A model generated the notes under the pieces. The model worked only from the letters and a program-made list of their open reading frames with translations, made no database searches and was not told where the DNA came from. Below are positions 13,056 to 24,908 of a stretch of 64,000 nt of DNA, piece after piece (position 1 is the first letter of the stretch; the number at the start of each line of letters is the position of its first letter). The stretch is from Okamejei kenojei (lineage: Eukaryota): NCBI GenBank assembly GCA_035221665.1, contig CM069133.1:78430001-78494000 (forward strand), given 5' to 3'. The position numbers and the translations under genes were made by a program.

Positions 13056-13367
13056 CTTTAGTTTAGTTTAGAGATACAGCACGGAATCAGGCCCTTCAGC
13101 CCACCGGGTCCGCGCCGACCAGCGATCCCTGCACATTAACACTATCCTACACCCACTGGTGTAGTTTTACATTTACCAAGCCAATTAACCCACAAACCTG
13201 TACGTTTTTGGAATGTGGGAGCAAACCGAAGATCTCGGAGAAAACCCATTCAGATCACGGGGAGAACGTACAAATGTACAGACAGCACCCGTAATCGGGA
13301 TCAAACCCAGGTCTCTGGTGCTGCATTCGTTGTAAGGCAGCAACTCTATCGCTGCGCCACCGTGACT
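13056..13367 (-). mobile_element. tRNA-derived SINE (HE1-like), full length
   Basis: Reverse complement of the A/B boxes at 13295-13365, core, and (CTAAA)n tail. Confidence 0.85.
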
Positions 13368-14634
13368 TAGAATTTGTGAATTAAATGTTCATACTGTTGG
13401 GTTTTAAGCAACCCAAGCGGAATATGAGTTTGCATGTTGTCTCAGTCTGGCAAAGGAGGAGGCTCAGGACAGAAAGGCCCATGGAAATGGGAAGAGGTTT
13501 TAAAATGGTTAGCAATCGGGAGATCCAGTAAGCTTCAGCGGACTGAGCGCAAGTGTTCAGCAAAATGGTCGCCGAGTCTATGCTTGGTCTAGTCATTGTA
13601 CAGGAGGCCACATCAGGATCACAGGGCTAATATTTGAGCAGAAATGTGGAGGTCCACTCAAGACTTAGCCTCTGACTTTGTTTGTTTTGCTGCTTTAACT
13701 TAAACAGGATATAAATGGGAATTTGTCTACACAGGATAATTGAGATCATGAGTTCAGCAGAGAAGCAAAAAAGGTCTCCGCGACTTGAAAGCGGCATTCT
13801 TTGTGTATACAAACAAAAACAAGACAAGGATATTAGAAACCTGAAAGAAAAATAGAAAATTAAGTACTCAGCAGTCATCATATCCCTGTGGTGAGAAGAA
13901 CAAAGTTAACATTTTGAGACTCATCATTAGTCCATTCTATGGTTTGAAGGCACCATAGAACAACATTTTATTCCTTTCAAGAATAATTCTGCAAGGTGTG
14001 GAGTTGTTCCACTTGAACAGGTCAAGCAGTGTGTGAGCAGCAAAGAGGCACAGCATATCATCAGAGACAGAGGTCAGTCTCAAACAGAGGGAATCAGAAT
14101 GCTGAAAGTGCCAGTCTGAGGAAAGTTCCTGACCCAAAAGGTCAGCTGTCCATTCCACCCTCATATGGTGCCTGACCCGCTGAGTTCCTCCAGCACTTGG
14201 TGTTTGGCTCTAGATTCCAGCATCTGCAGTTTATTGTGTCTCCAAATAACAGAGGAATTGTGGTACGGAATTAGAACTGAAGTTCTGTGGGTAATGGGAC
14301 AATGAGACAAAATAAATCTTTTGGCAGGCTGGAAAATTAGCTCTGAATGGACTGTCTTCATAATGCATCCACATTTAAGAAACTGTGCTGTTGATTATAA
14401 AAATAACCGTTGTCTTATACTTGTGAATTAGTGAATCTATTAGATTCCGGCCATTTAACTGACCTGTCCGAAGAAGGGTCCTGACCCAAAATGTCACCTG
14501 TCTATGTTCTTCAGAGATGGTGCCTGACCCATTGAGTTACTCCAGCAATTTGCATCTTTTTTATCTGAACATTTGTCCGGTCATTCCCTTTCTTTGTCGA
14601 TATGGCTTCTGACATTCCACTTCCTCCTTTTCAG

Positions 14635-14641
14635 AGCTTAG
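14635..14641 (+). other. candidate 7-nt microexon or recursive AG|GT splice site
   Basis: TTCTGAC branch-like motif, TTCCACTTCCTCCTTTTCAG acceptor, AGCTTAG, then GTAAGC donor. Confidence 0.25.
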
Positions 14642-14721
14642 GTAAGCACCTTGCACTTGGGCGCCTGGCAAAGTCACTTTACATTAGGTGTTTGGCGATG
14701 ATTGAAAGCAGCAAAGCATTA

Positions 14722-15231
14722 TGGGCCTGTCCCACTTAGGCGACATTTCAGGTGACTTTTGAGGCGAGTGCAGGAGACTCTGCGCTCGCCACATGGTCGC
14801 CACATGTTCGCTGGTGGTTTCAGGTGAGTCTCCTTCATGGTCGCGTGAAGTTCCAGCATTCTGGGAACTAGTTGCTCCCTCAGTATGATCGCCACAAATT
14901 TTTCAACATGTTGAAACATTTTCTGCGACCAAAAATTCTCACCCCACACCCCCTTTAAAGGACTTACCGTACACTGTGCTAGCTGTCTTAATTACATCAC
15001 CAACCTTCCTGTTCATCGCGGTGTGTGTCTGTATCACCTTGGCTTTGCACCGTGTGAATTTCAGACAGCGCTCCCCCCGCTTGCCCTGGCCCCCGCCTTT
15101 GCGATGTGTTTGCGTGTGTGTGTGTTCCACTCTGACAGTTGCCGTTCCATTTCCCGGTTTTTCGCTCGACTGCCGGTAACTTGACAGTCGCCGGCAGTCT
15201 GCTGAAAAATCGCCTAAGTGGCACAATCCCA
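14722..15231. mobile_element. PIF/Harbinger-type MITE
   Basis: TIRs TGGGCCTGTCCCACTTAGGCGA / TCGCCTAAGTGGCACAATCCCA, flanked by TTA/TAA. Confidence 0.7.
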
Positions 15232-15984
15232 TAAGCCTTCCAAATGTTCTTCTTCCAATGCGAGAAGAAAGATGTACATGGATGTAACAGACATCCCATC
15301 AATATGAGAAACAATGCCCCTTTGGAATCTAATATATGGCTGCATCGCATCTAGTTTCTCCTTAACTTCACCCATTCCTTGCAAATGCTGGAATTTGCAA
15401 AGGGTCAGAGGTTGGCTCGCAGTTAACTGAGTTGCTCTGTAAATCATCAATGTTGTCAAGTGCACAAGTTGATCTTGACTGTTGTATTTATTGTTGTTGA
15501 CATATGGCAGACAGTCCAGCTGACGGGACCAGAATGTGCAGTATCAGTTTAATTGGTAACACATGCATTCATTTGCCCAAGACATTTTCCTGGTCAGTAT
15601 CAGGGAGCTCTGGAGAAGTGAAAGACTTGATCCTCTGTTCTTGGATACATCCAGGATTTTAGATGCTAAACAGCAAAGTATCTCAGCTGTCTTTTACAAT
15701 GTTTGCAGTCGTCGGATGAATGCCAAAAGGATCTTTTTTTTTCATATTTCAGCTTACAAATAAAGACTTGCATTTATACTGCGTCAGCTTTGAGTATCCT
15801 GAAGGATTTAAAGCCAGTGTAGAAATGTCATTGTGTGGCCAGTGTTATTATGCAGGAAACAGAGCCCGAGCTGCCTACAGTAATCTTCCAGAAAGAGCAC
15901 TGCAATAATAGCCAGATAATAATTTGTTTTTGGAAGACATTAACTGGAACACCGGAGATTGCTCAACCATCTTATTATGTCTTA

Positions 15985-16142
15985 TTATTATTAATGTTTA
16001 GTGTTTTCTGAGTCATTCGTAACTGTCACTGTATGTCATTCGTAACTGTCACTGTATGTTTTACTTGTGGGCAGAGCACCAAGGCAAATTCCTTGTATGT
16101 GAATACTTGGCCAATAAACTTACTTACTTACTTACTTACTTA
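15985..16142 (+). mobile_element. LINE 3' end (Rex/Babar-like) with (ACTT)n tail and a 23-bp tandem duplication
   Basis: CAAATTCCTTGTATGTG...AATAAA(CTTA)n; GTCATTCGTAACTGTCACTGTAT repeated twice at 16012-16057. Confidence 0.5.
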
Positions 16143-16686
16143 TCTTCTATGAAATTTTACTTATATTAGAACGGACCGGAAATCTGTTTCTCTCTGCAGC
16201 TAGTGCCTACCCCACTGAATGCCTCCAGCACTTGCTTTTTCATTTCAGATCTTTAGCATCTGCAGTATTTTGATTGTCAATCTCATCATTATTAAAACAC
16301 ACAAGATCCTACGGCAGTGCAACAAGCTCAATGTCAAGATGGTTTCAATATCAGGAGGGTCTCAAACATGGAAACATTACTACAAGATAAGGAGCTAGTC
16401 ATTTTTTCAAAGTGGTGGGTCTTTTTATTTGAGATCTGGCCACCACTGGCAAGGCCACATTTATTGAAAAAAAAACCAAAGTGCATCTCTGGAGGACATA
16501 GAAAGGTGACATTTTAGGTCAGGACTCCTCTTCAGACATTTATTGAACTAGGTATCTTTCTGGACTAGGACAGAAAACATTTAAGAGTTGACTACATAAG
16601 TAGTTCTGGAGTCTAATTGGGTAGGAGTAGCTGAATTTCTCCACTTAACACAGCAACATGACTAACAGTCTGCACCTTTCAACATG

Positions 16687-16995
16687 GCCATTCGGCCCAT
16701 CAACTCTACTTCGCCATTCAATAATGGCTGTTCCATCTTTCTCTCTCAACCCCATTCTCCTGCCTTTGCCCCCACAACCCCTGACACCCTTACTAAACAA
16801 GAATCTGTCAATCTCTGCATTAAAAAAAATCTATTGACTTGGCCATTTCAGCCATCTGTGGCAATGAATGCCACAGATTGACCACCCTTTAACTAATGAA
16901 ATTCCTTCTCATCTTTCTAAAAGTACATCCTTTTATTCTGAGGCGAAAGCCTCTGGTCCTCGACTCTCCCGCTAGTGGAAATATCCTCTTCACAT
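16687..16995 (-). mobile_element. old CR1 3' fragment
   Basis: ORF segment FPLAGESRTRG..LRIKG and a CR1 3' UTR. Confidence 0.7.
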
Positions 16996-17794
16996 TCACT
17001 CGATCTGAAATGTTGCCCGTCCATTCCCCCTCCACAAATGCTGCCTGACCCACTGAATTCCTCCAGTACTTCATTTTTGTTCTCAAGATTCCAGCATCCA
17101 CAGCCTCTTGTGCCTCAATTAAACCTCGTGCCTTCTGCACTATTAAATTGCAGTAATATTGCTTTGTATCGTCATTCTCAGGTTGTACTTCAATTCCTCA
17201 ATCTAGACCCAATTAACACAACAAAGCAAGAATGATAACATTTTGAAAATGTGCCGTGTTCAGTTGAAGGCTACCTGAGCCAGACAAATGTTTGTTTAAT
17301 TTAATCTTCCTGTTGGAGACATCTCAATGGCTATTGTGTATTTGGCAAGAATGTTGTCAGTATCTGTTATCTAACCATTGAAGAAATATTATCAATGACT
17401 TTTGTTTAAGTTACTGCTTAATATTGGTCAGTAGAACTCATAAAACTTGGCAGACTGTTTGTAGATCATTGGATAAATAGTTTATATTCGAATGATAATT
17501 TACACTTGAGTCCTTAGCAAATTGGAATTAGCAGCATAATTGTACAATTCTTATCAAGTTAAAAGCTTATTTATCATTTGGATATTTTTCTTCTTTTTCC
17601 ATCATCCATAAAACACAATTGTTTGTGATGATCATTTTTTTTTAGTTCTTGGAGCATCAGTCTGTTGTGGCATGCGGAAATTGCAACACTGGCAGACAGA
17701 ATGAGATTACTGTTAGACCCTTTGTTTCAGTGATAGTTTGAAGCATGTTAAAATCAAAAGCCTTTCTGTCTCTTCACACAAACCTTCAAACCTG

Positions 17795-19672
17795 ATCTCC
17801 ACTCACTCTGCAACAACCCCGATTGGGTGATCAAACCTGCCGACAAGGGAGGTGCCGTGCTAGCCTGGCGTGCTGATCTCAACCAGTCTGAGGCTAGGCG
17901 CCAACTCTCAGACACCTCCTCCTACTTATCCTTGGACCATGCAGACGAGCACCAGGCCATTATATCAAGCACCATCACTGGCTTCATCGCTTCCAGCTCC
18001 CTGCCCTCCCAAGCCTCCAACATCATCGTTCCCCAGCCCCTCACAGCCCGATTTTACCATCTCCCCAAAATCCACAAACCTGACTGTCCTGGCAAACCCA
18101 TTGTTTCTGCTTGTTCTTGTCCCACCTAACTTATTTCCACATACTTCAATTCCATCCTATCCCCCTGGTCAAATCCCTCCCTACCTATGTCCAAGAAACC
18201 TCACATGCTCTTCATCTCCTTCATGACTTCCATTTTCCAGGCCCTCACTCCCTCATCTTCACCATGGATGACCAGTCACTCTACACCTCCATCCCCCACC
18301 AGGAGGGTCTTAAAGCCCTCCGTTTCTCCATGGGCCACAGAACCAACCAATCCCCATCTACTAATACTCTCCTCCACGTAGAAGAGTAGGTCCTTACCCT
18401 CAACAACTTTTCTTTTGACTCCTTCCATTTCTTCCAAATCCAAGGCATAGCTATGGGCACACGCATGGGCCCCAGCTGTGCCTGTCTCTTTTGTAGGATA
18501 CGTCGAACAATCCTTGTTCAAGGCTTACCGTGGCCCTATCCCTGAACGCTACCTCTGCTACATTGATGAGTGCATTGGTGCTACCTCCTGCACCCAAGCA
18601 GAACTCACTGACTTCATCCATTTCACCACAACTTCCATCCGGCACTCAAATTCACCTGGACCATTTCCGACATCTCCCTACCGTTTCTAGACCTCACTAT
18701 CGCAGGTAACTGACTACTGACCAACATCTACTGCAAACTCACTGACGCCCATGGCTATCTGGACTACACTTCTTCGCACCCTGCTTCATGTAAGGACTCT
18801 TTCCCCTATTCCTAATTCCTCTGTCTACGCCACATCTGCACCCAGGATGAGGTGTTCCTAATCAGGGCATCGGAGATGTCCTAATTCTTTAGGGAATTGG
18901 GGTTCCCCTCTTTGACTATAGATGAGGCTCTCACCAGGGTCTCCTCTATATCGCGTAAGTCCGCTCTCAAACCCCATCCCCCCACTCATAACAGGACAGA
19001 GTCCTCCTTGTCCTCACCTTCCACCCTACCAGCCGTCACATACAATGGATAATCCTCCAACATTTTCGCCACCGCCAACGGGATCCCACCACTGGCCACA
19101 TCTTCCCATCTCCTCCCCTTTCGGCTTTCCGCAAAGACCGCTCCCTCCGTAACTCCCTGGCCAATTCGTCCCTTCCCACCCTTCCCACCCCCTCCCCTGG
19201 TACTTTCCCTTGCAACCGCAGGAAATGCTCCACTTGTCGCTTTACCTCCCCCCTTGACTCCATCCAAGGACCCAAGCAGTCTTTCCAGGGCTGAGGCAGA
19301 GGTTCACCTGCACCACCTCCAACCTCATCTATTGCATCCGCTGTTTTAGGTGTCAACTGCTCTACATCGGTGAGACCAAGCGCAGACATGGTGATCGCTT
19401 CGCTCATTTCGCATTAACCAACCTGATCAGTGGCTCAGCACTTCAACTCCCCCTCCCATTCTGAATCCGACATTTCTGTCCTGGGCCTCCTCCATGGCCA
19501 GAGTGAATCCCACTGCAAATTGGAGGAGCAGCCTCTCTGCCACCCCTCCCCCCCCCCTCCCCCCCCTCCCCCCATCAGTCTGAAGAAGGATCTCGACCCG
19601 AAACGTCACCTATTCCTTCGCTCCATAGATGCTGCCTCACCCGCTGAATTTCTCCAGCATTTTTGTCTACCT
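17795..19672 (+). mobile_element. Penelope-like retroelement, 5'-truncated and frameshifted (RT + GIY-YIG endonuclease + 3' repeat with hammerhead ribozyme)
   Basis: IKPADKGG, FYHLPKIHK, LYTSIPH, GIAMGT, YIDE (YxDD position); NLIYCIRC..CQLLYIGET at ~19320-19378 (GIY-YIG); hammerhead at 19580. Confidence 0.92.
19580..19607 (+). ncRNA. minimal hammerhead ribozyme motif at the Penelope 3' end
   Basis: CTGAAGA-A-GGATC-TC-GACCC-GAAA-C-GTC: catalytic core boxes, stem II (one mismatch), palindromic minimal stem III, GUC cleavage triplet. Confidence 0.7.
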
Positions 19673-20939
19673 TCAAAACCCGATCAGCATGTAAGTGAGG
19701 TGCACCTTTTTATTCAGTCCCTCAGAACCCCAATTTGTTACTTGATGGTCAAGTTCACACACTGAGGATACTTTACAGCACTCATCAACAAGTGATCTTG
19801 CAGCTTCATTCAGAATTTTTGTCAATAGGTTTTTTATGTGTGTCAATCGTAACTGTTCAAGCTTCAAGAATGTATAGTAAGCTAAATCAAATGATATTTT
19901 AAGTGGTCAAGCAAAACATAAAGCATGACATTTGTCTTAATGCAGCACATGAAACCTACGGTGGAGGAAATTAACCTTTGAATTTAATTTAACCAAATAA
20001 AAGGAGGTATACAAATTGTACAGAATTCATTAAGTGTAAACCACCAAAGAGTAACTTTTCTCCATGGTCTTTTGTGACCAGCATTTCTCAGTATTCCAGT
20101 CATTGTATCATTATGAATCAAAAGAGACCATTCATCTCATTGTAATCATGTTGGTTCACTACAGACTGTCAAATCAGTCCCACTCTCCTGCTTTTCTCCA
20201 GTTCATTTGTCACTTTGGCAACTGTGTATTTCTGCTTCCATCATCATCACAAGATGAATTCTCTGTTTATGAAGAAATAAATTCCTTATTTGCCAAGGTT
20301 GTTTTTTGCTCATTACTTTGAATCTGCTTCTCCTGGTCTTCAACCATCCACTGATGGCAACAGCTTCTCTCTGTTTGCCCAATCTGTCCATCGTGATCTC
20401 ATATCTCATTATTTATTTTGCTCCATGGAAAACAACCCAGGTTCTCTGTCCCAACCTTGCATTTGAAAACCCTTATCCCTGGATCCATTCGAATAAGTCT
20501 TTCCTGACTCTCTCCTGATTTCACATCCTTCCTGAGCTCAACTATTGATTTACAGATGTTTAACATAAGCTTCTCTAATTTTGTTCACTGTTTCTTAAAT
20601 TGTGATGCTCAGGATCCCAAGTCACTTCATTTTCAAATATTTCAGCACATATGCACCTTGGTATCTAGGTCCTTCTGTCCCTTTCATTTAATTTCATCTC
20701 TATCTTTGCTAAAGGGTATCATTTCACTCTTCTCCATTAATTTTAATGTACAACTCAATCAACCAGTCTATCTATATCCTGTTGCTCTCCTCTTCGATTT
20801 TTACCGCATCTCCAAGATCAGCGCAATTTGTACATTTTACTCTATATACCTATTATTAATGTCTCTATAAATATCTAGGTTCCCAGCAATAGCCCTTTGC
20901 TACACCACTGCCAACCAACTGCTGGTATGAGAGAAAATA

Positions 20940-21252
20940 GGGCGGCATGGTGGCGCAGCAGTAGAGTTGCTACCCGACAGCATCAGAGATCCGGGTTTGA
21001 TCCTAACCACGCATGCTTGTCTGTGTAGAGTTTGTTCGTTCTCTCCATGCCTTACATGGGTTTTCTCTGGGATCACTGATTTCCTCCCATATTCCAAAGA
21101 CATACAGATTTGTAGGCTAATTAGCTTGGTATATTGTAAATTGTCCCTAGTGTGTGTAGGATAGTGTAAGAGTGCGGGAATTGCTGGTCAGCACAGACTC
21201 GGTGGACTGAATGGCCTGTTTCCACGTTGTATCTCTAAGCTAAACTAAACTA
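20940..21252 (+). mobile_element. tRNA-derived SINE (HE1-like), full length
   Basis: GGGCGGCATGGTGGCGCAGCAG A box, GGTTTGATCC B box, (CTAAA)n tail. Confidence 0.85.
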
Positions 21253-21689
21253 TGGATAACTGCATACACTACTCTCTGCTTTCTCCCCACAAATCATTGT
21301 TTTATTAATGCTTCCACTTTAAACTGCCATGTCTCGATTATATGTTCACCAGCTTTGTGTGAGAGACTTGTAAAGTACTTGCTGAAAAACCTTATAATCA
21401 ACATTTGCTGCATTTCCATCAACCTGCTCTTTCCCTCCCTCATCAAGCAATTTAATCAGGTTAGCCAAACAAATTGCCTTTAACAAACTGCACTGTTTCA
21501 TCTTAATAGACTGCAACTATTGCGAATGCTAATGGAGTTCAAATGGGTAAATGATTTTTTGCACTCTTATTTTAAACAGAATAATTCATTCTTAAAACAC
21601 TGGATGGTTCTTGCAGGAAAAATAATGGCATTATTAATACACAGGAAAGTTCAAGGAATTAAGTGATGTGGTGTCACATGTCAACAATA

Positions 21690-21983
21690 ATGTGCACATA
21701 ATTTGGATTTTTAACATAACATGCTATCCCAAGGAACATCAAAAGGCTTTTTCAAAGGAACTTTGATATTGAATCACATAAAGAAATGTCAGGGCAGATG
21801 AACAAAAGATTGACCAAACAGGTGGGTTTGAAGGAGTGTTTTAAAGGAGAAAACAGAGGCAGAAAGGCTTAAAGGCAGGAATTCCTTTCCTATGGTGGTG
21901 ATTCAGAGACGGTCAAGGAGCCAGAATTGAGGAAGCACGATTATAACACAGAATAATGTGACTGATTAAGCTCACAGAAATAT
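21690..21983 (-). mobile_element. old L2-like LINE 3' fragment, continuing at ~26524-26580 (split by the DIRS insertion)
   Basis: Motifs GGGCAGATGA.CAAAAG...GGT.GGTTT.AAGGAG.GT.TTAAAGGAG on the left and TTGAAAACAAG.A.GAGAATT.TAAA on the right; recognised from recall. Confidence 0.5.
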
Positions 21984-22210
21984 GTAAAATAGTAAGATTA
22001 AATGAGAACTTACCAGTCTGAAGTTTGATCCTTATTTTATGAGGAGTTACGATGAGGGATTTCGTGAAGACTCCGCCAGCACGCATGCGCGACATTCTTC
22101 AAAGCAGCGGTGTGGAATCACAGATAGCAGCACTGACTGGAGATAGTAAGATTAAGAGACACTAATATACCAGTTAACCTTATGATAGAGGGTTGGGAGC
22201 GAAGGGCACA

Positions 22211-22304
22211 AAATCCCTCATCGTAACTCCTCATAAAATAAGGATCAAACTTCAAACTGGTAAGTTCTCGATTAATCTTACTATTTTACTTCGGAGTCAC
22301 ATGA
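22211..22304. repeat. DIRS internal complementary region (ICR)
   Basis: 22211-22289 is the near-perfect reverse complement of 21984-22062; 22290-22304 (TTCGGAGTCACATGA) is the reverse complement of 26500-26514 with one mismatch. Confidence 0.92.
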
Positions 22305-22485
22305 GTGACTTCGTGAAGATTTCAAAGCTCTGTGATTCCATGCCCTGGACCACGTCCATGCTCACACACTGCCGTAACTACTGATGGAGGAAGTATGTCA
22401 ACGTATTTCAGACTTGAACAAAGCTGAAAAATAATAACGTATTTATTAATACAAACAAAAAAACCCTGAATTCGGGGAAAAAGGT

Positions 22486-23526
22486 TTAGGGGACAGCACT
22501 TAAAACTGAATCTGCAAATGTTGCGGGAGCGACCACAGGTTTGTTATAGAAACGTTGGAATGTTCCTTCACTGGCCCAGCCCGCTGTTGCGAGGACATGA
22601 TCCATGGGTACCTCCATGGTCCTTGCCGCTGATGTGGATACAGCCCTAGTAGAATGAGATTTAAAAATGTCAGTGTCTCCACCTGCTGCACCCAATACCA
22701 CCCTGAGCCACCTGGAGATAGTCTGCACCATCACCCTGTGATGTGGGTTTTTGAAGCTGATGAACAGACCTGTCTCCATTCTCCTGATGTTTTGGGTGAC
22801 ATTGATGTAATGTCGGAGATAGGTGGTTATGCAGAGTTGTACATCAACGGGATATGCTCGGAATTCCAATTTTAGACCTGTTGTCCCAGGCCTATGATGT
22901 TTGAGTAACTCGTCTATAAAGAAGGTTACTTTGGTGGGGGTCGAGACCATCCTGTCCAGTTTTAGTTTGTGGAGGGTCTGGACCCGTTGTGCTGTGATCA
23001 GTGCCATTAACATCACCAATTTGAAGGTGAGTTTATCCAGTGGTAGAACTGGAACTGGTGACCAGCTCCTGAGTAGGGACAACACAACCCCAATGTCCCT
23101 GGTTATATTATAGCGTGGTCGGGGAGGGTTGGAATTGAATATATCCCTCATAAGTTTAGATACCAGCTGGTGGGATCCTACTCCGATATTGAGATAAGAT
23201 GACAGTGCACTTCTGGCACTGTTGATGGCACTGTAGCTAAGGCCCTCATCATAGTGAAGGCCCGCGAGGAATTCCAGCACATCAGTGATCGTTGCAGAGT
23301 TGTAGGTGGTCTTGGTCCGAGAACAGAAGGCCTCCCATTTTCTTATGTGGGTGAGGTACTGCTTCCTCGTGGACTCTCTGCACGATGCCGTGATGATATC
23401 CATGGTCCTCGTTGACAGCCCGAATCCCAGTAATGGTCTCTTCAGAACCTGCAAGCCAACAGGTTCAGATGACCATGGCACAGATGACTTTCCCCTGTTA
23501 TAGGATGGGTCACTAGATTCGAGCAT
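22486..23526 (-). CDS. DIRS tyrosine recombinase (346 aa, open frame)
   Basis: N-terminal SAM-like domain (STRKQY...WE.FC, SYSAINSARSALS); catalytic R (AQRV), HSTR (HxxR), AGW and RFY tyrosine. Confidence 0.88.
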   Translation of the reverse strand: MLESSDPSYNRGKSSVPWSSEPVGLQVLKRPLLGFGLSTRTMDIITASCRESTRKQYLTHIRKWEAFCSRTKTTYNSATITDVLEFLAGLHYDEGLSYSAINSARSALSSYLNIGVGSHQLVSKLMRDIFNSNPPRPRYNITRDIGVVLSLLRSWSPVPVLPLDKLTFKLVMLMALITAQRVQTLHKLKLDRMVSTPTKVTFFIDELLKHHRPGTTGLKLEFRAYPVDVQLCITTYLRHYINVTQNIRRMETGLFISFKNPHHRVMVQTISRWLRVVLGAAGGDTDIFKSHSTRAVSTSAARTMEVPMDHVLATAGWASEGTFQRFYNKPVVAPATFADSVLSAVP

Positions 23527-24335
23527 TTAGGAACCTGCACCCATGGTTCTTTCACCATGTCGAGGACCACCGGGTACCCTGGTTGTGTGGGCCAGTCGGG
23601 TATTATCAGAATCCCAGATGCAGAGTCTAGCTGGATTTTTTGCAATACCCGACCGATGAGGCAGAACGGGGGAAATGCATAGAAGAACAATTTCTCCCAA
23701 TGTAGCGAGAACGCGTCCATCGCCACTGCCCCAGGATCTGGTTCCCAAGAGACATATGTTGGTATCTGATGGTTCAACCTGGACGCAAAGAGGTCGATAT
23801 CTGGTGTTCCATACTTGGCTATAATATTTGCAAATATTTGGGGGTTCAACATCCACTCGGTTTTGTCATTAAATACTCGTGACCTGGTGTCCACCACTAT
23901 ATTGAGTTTACCCGGAAGGTATGTAACTGATATCCAAATATTTCTTTCAATACACCAGAGCCAAATTATGTTTGCCAATTCATCGCAAGATATCGACTTG
24001 ATACCACCCATATGGTTTAAATATGCCACCACTGTGGTATTATCTATCTGAAGACGGACATGCGTATGATGCATATTTGTGCAGAAATCCCGCAGTCCGT
24101 GAAATGCTCCCAGCATTTCCAAATAGTTTATACCTTGTGATTGGAGTAAAGTAGATTCATGCAAATCCCATCTGCCGCCACCACTGGAAGTGGTGTCGGT
24201 AGCTCCCCAGCCCTGGGCGCTTGCGTCGGTTTGTAACACGACTGATGGGTTTGAAATTATGATGGGATTAAAACAATTATGAATGTTGCTAATCCACCAT
24301 CGTAGCTCAATCTTTGCCTTGTTTGGCAGCTGCAT
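23442..24335 (-). pseudogene. DIRS RNase H + Dam-like methyltransferase domain (C-terminal part of the RT ORF, frameshifted from RT)
   Basis: LQTDASAQGWG, INYLEM, IDNTTVVAY, YLPGKLN (RNase H); DIDLFAS, DAF...W, YAFPPF, PDWPTQP (MT-like); overlaps the YR ORF by 85 nt. Confidence 0.88.
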
Positions 24336-24468
24336 AGGTCTGTCAAAATGTCAAGCATTTGTTTTTAATGCTGAGATCTATGCTCTTTGCAAATTTTGAT
24401 AATGTAACGGCCCAAATTGTGCAGCTGGAAATGTAGTTTCCCAATCACCTTGGCAGCATGTCTAATAG

Positions 24469-24908
24469 TCAGTGGTTCCTGGCGCAAGCAAGGCTATTAC
24501 ATGCCTCTATTATGTCTGTTACTTTGTTCTCTGAGAAAGTGACAATCATATGATTGGTGTTAATCATGAATCCCAGGTAGTCCATAATCACAGAAGGGTT
24601 GAACTTAGATTTGTCTGGATGGATGACAAACCCCAGTTTTTCGAACAGTGACTTGGTACCTGTCACAGCTAATTTAGCTAATTCCAAAGTTTTTCCCACA
24701 ATTAAAATGTCATCAAGATATGCCATGACTATGTGGTTTTGTCTTCTTAGAGACGCCAATACTGGTTTTAGTATTTTGGTAAACAACCTGGGGGCTATTG
24801 TAAGTCCATTAGGTAAGGCTTTGTACTGCCATAGCTGCCCCATAAAGACAAATTTTAAGTATTTACGGTGATGTTTCCGTATAGGCACTGAATAGTATGC
24901 ATCTTTAG
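24469..24908 (-). pseudogene. DIRS reverse transcriptase core, N-terminus deleted
   Basis: KDAYYSVPI, QYKALPNGL..APRLFTK, AYLDDILI, YLGF; fused in frame to gag-like sequence at ~24908. Confidence 0.88.

Noticed and set aside
22486-24335. Phage integrase plus methylase, i.e. prophage or bacterial contamination
   Set aside because: Both are standard DIRS1 domains linked to RT/RNase H and an ICR, embedded among vertebrate repeats.
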